Below are positions 63,784 to 64,000 of a stretch of DNA of 64,000 nucleotides, one piece after another. The notes below the pieces were generated by a model. The model was not told the origin of the DNA. It saw only the letters and a program-made list of their open reading frames with translations, and did no database searches. The position numbers and the translations under genes are program-made. Within the stretch, counting starts at the first letter, position 1. Each line of letters starts with the position of its first letter. The stretch is from Pavona decussata (lineage: Eukaryota): the NCBI GenBank assembly GCA_977016875.1, contig CDRNST010000049.1:6448001-6512000 (forward strand), given 5' to 3'.

Positions 63784-64000
63784 GTTTTCGAAAGCATTCG
63801 ACTACTTTGTTTACGTGCTGTTCAGTGAAAACACTGGCTCAAATTACATGACGTGACAGAACGACAACCGGGAATTGAGGTGTCGCTACCAAATGTACAT
63901 GTATGTTCGAAGTGTTTTGCTTGGTAAAATGGAAAAAATAAAAATAATAAAACAAAACGAAATGGTAAAATGAGTTTTGATAACTACAGTTTTGAGATTC

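Overview
This is AT-rich, intron-containing eukaryotic DNA. The repeat families and genes point to a scleractinian coral or a related anthozoan (inference). Two genes are convergent. (1) On +, a disrupted TPR-CHAT (TTC28-like, caspase-fold protease) gene at 5550-8430. (2) On -, an apparently intact multi-exon receptor at 24447 to at least 60870, whose 5' start was not found. I reconstructed 22 GT-AG exons in one frame (~1210 aa): 18 phase-2/phase-2 LRR or LRR-like mini-exons (16 of exactly 72 bp), Cys-rich CxxCPxG repeats, and a non-rhodopsin multi-TM module of the type typical of protist GPCR-related/TRP-like proteins. The rest is densely packed with transposons. These include a decayed Penelope-like (Neptune-type) retroelement with a minimal hammerhead ribozyme and a three-level nested insertion, and AcademH-like elements with 9-bp TSDs and a RecQ relic. 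There is also a 5.3-kb Sola3-like element with ~1.5-kb TIRs carrying a nested 9-bp-TSD element, Harbinger-, pogo-, piggyBac- and Kolobok-like MITEs, and tRNA-SINEs. Two tRNA-core ~250-bp tandem elements share 13-bp TSDs and 5' inversions. All coordinates were read by eye and no searches were run.
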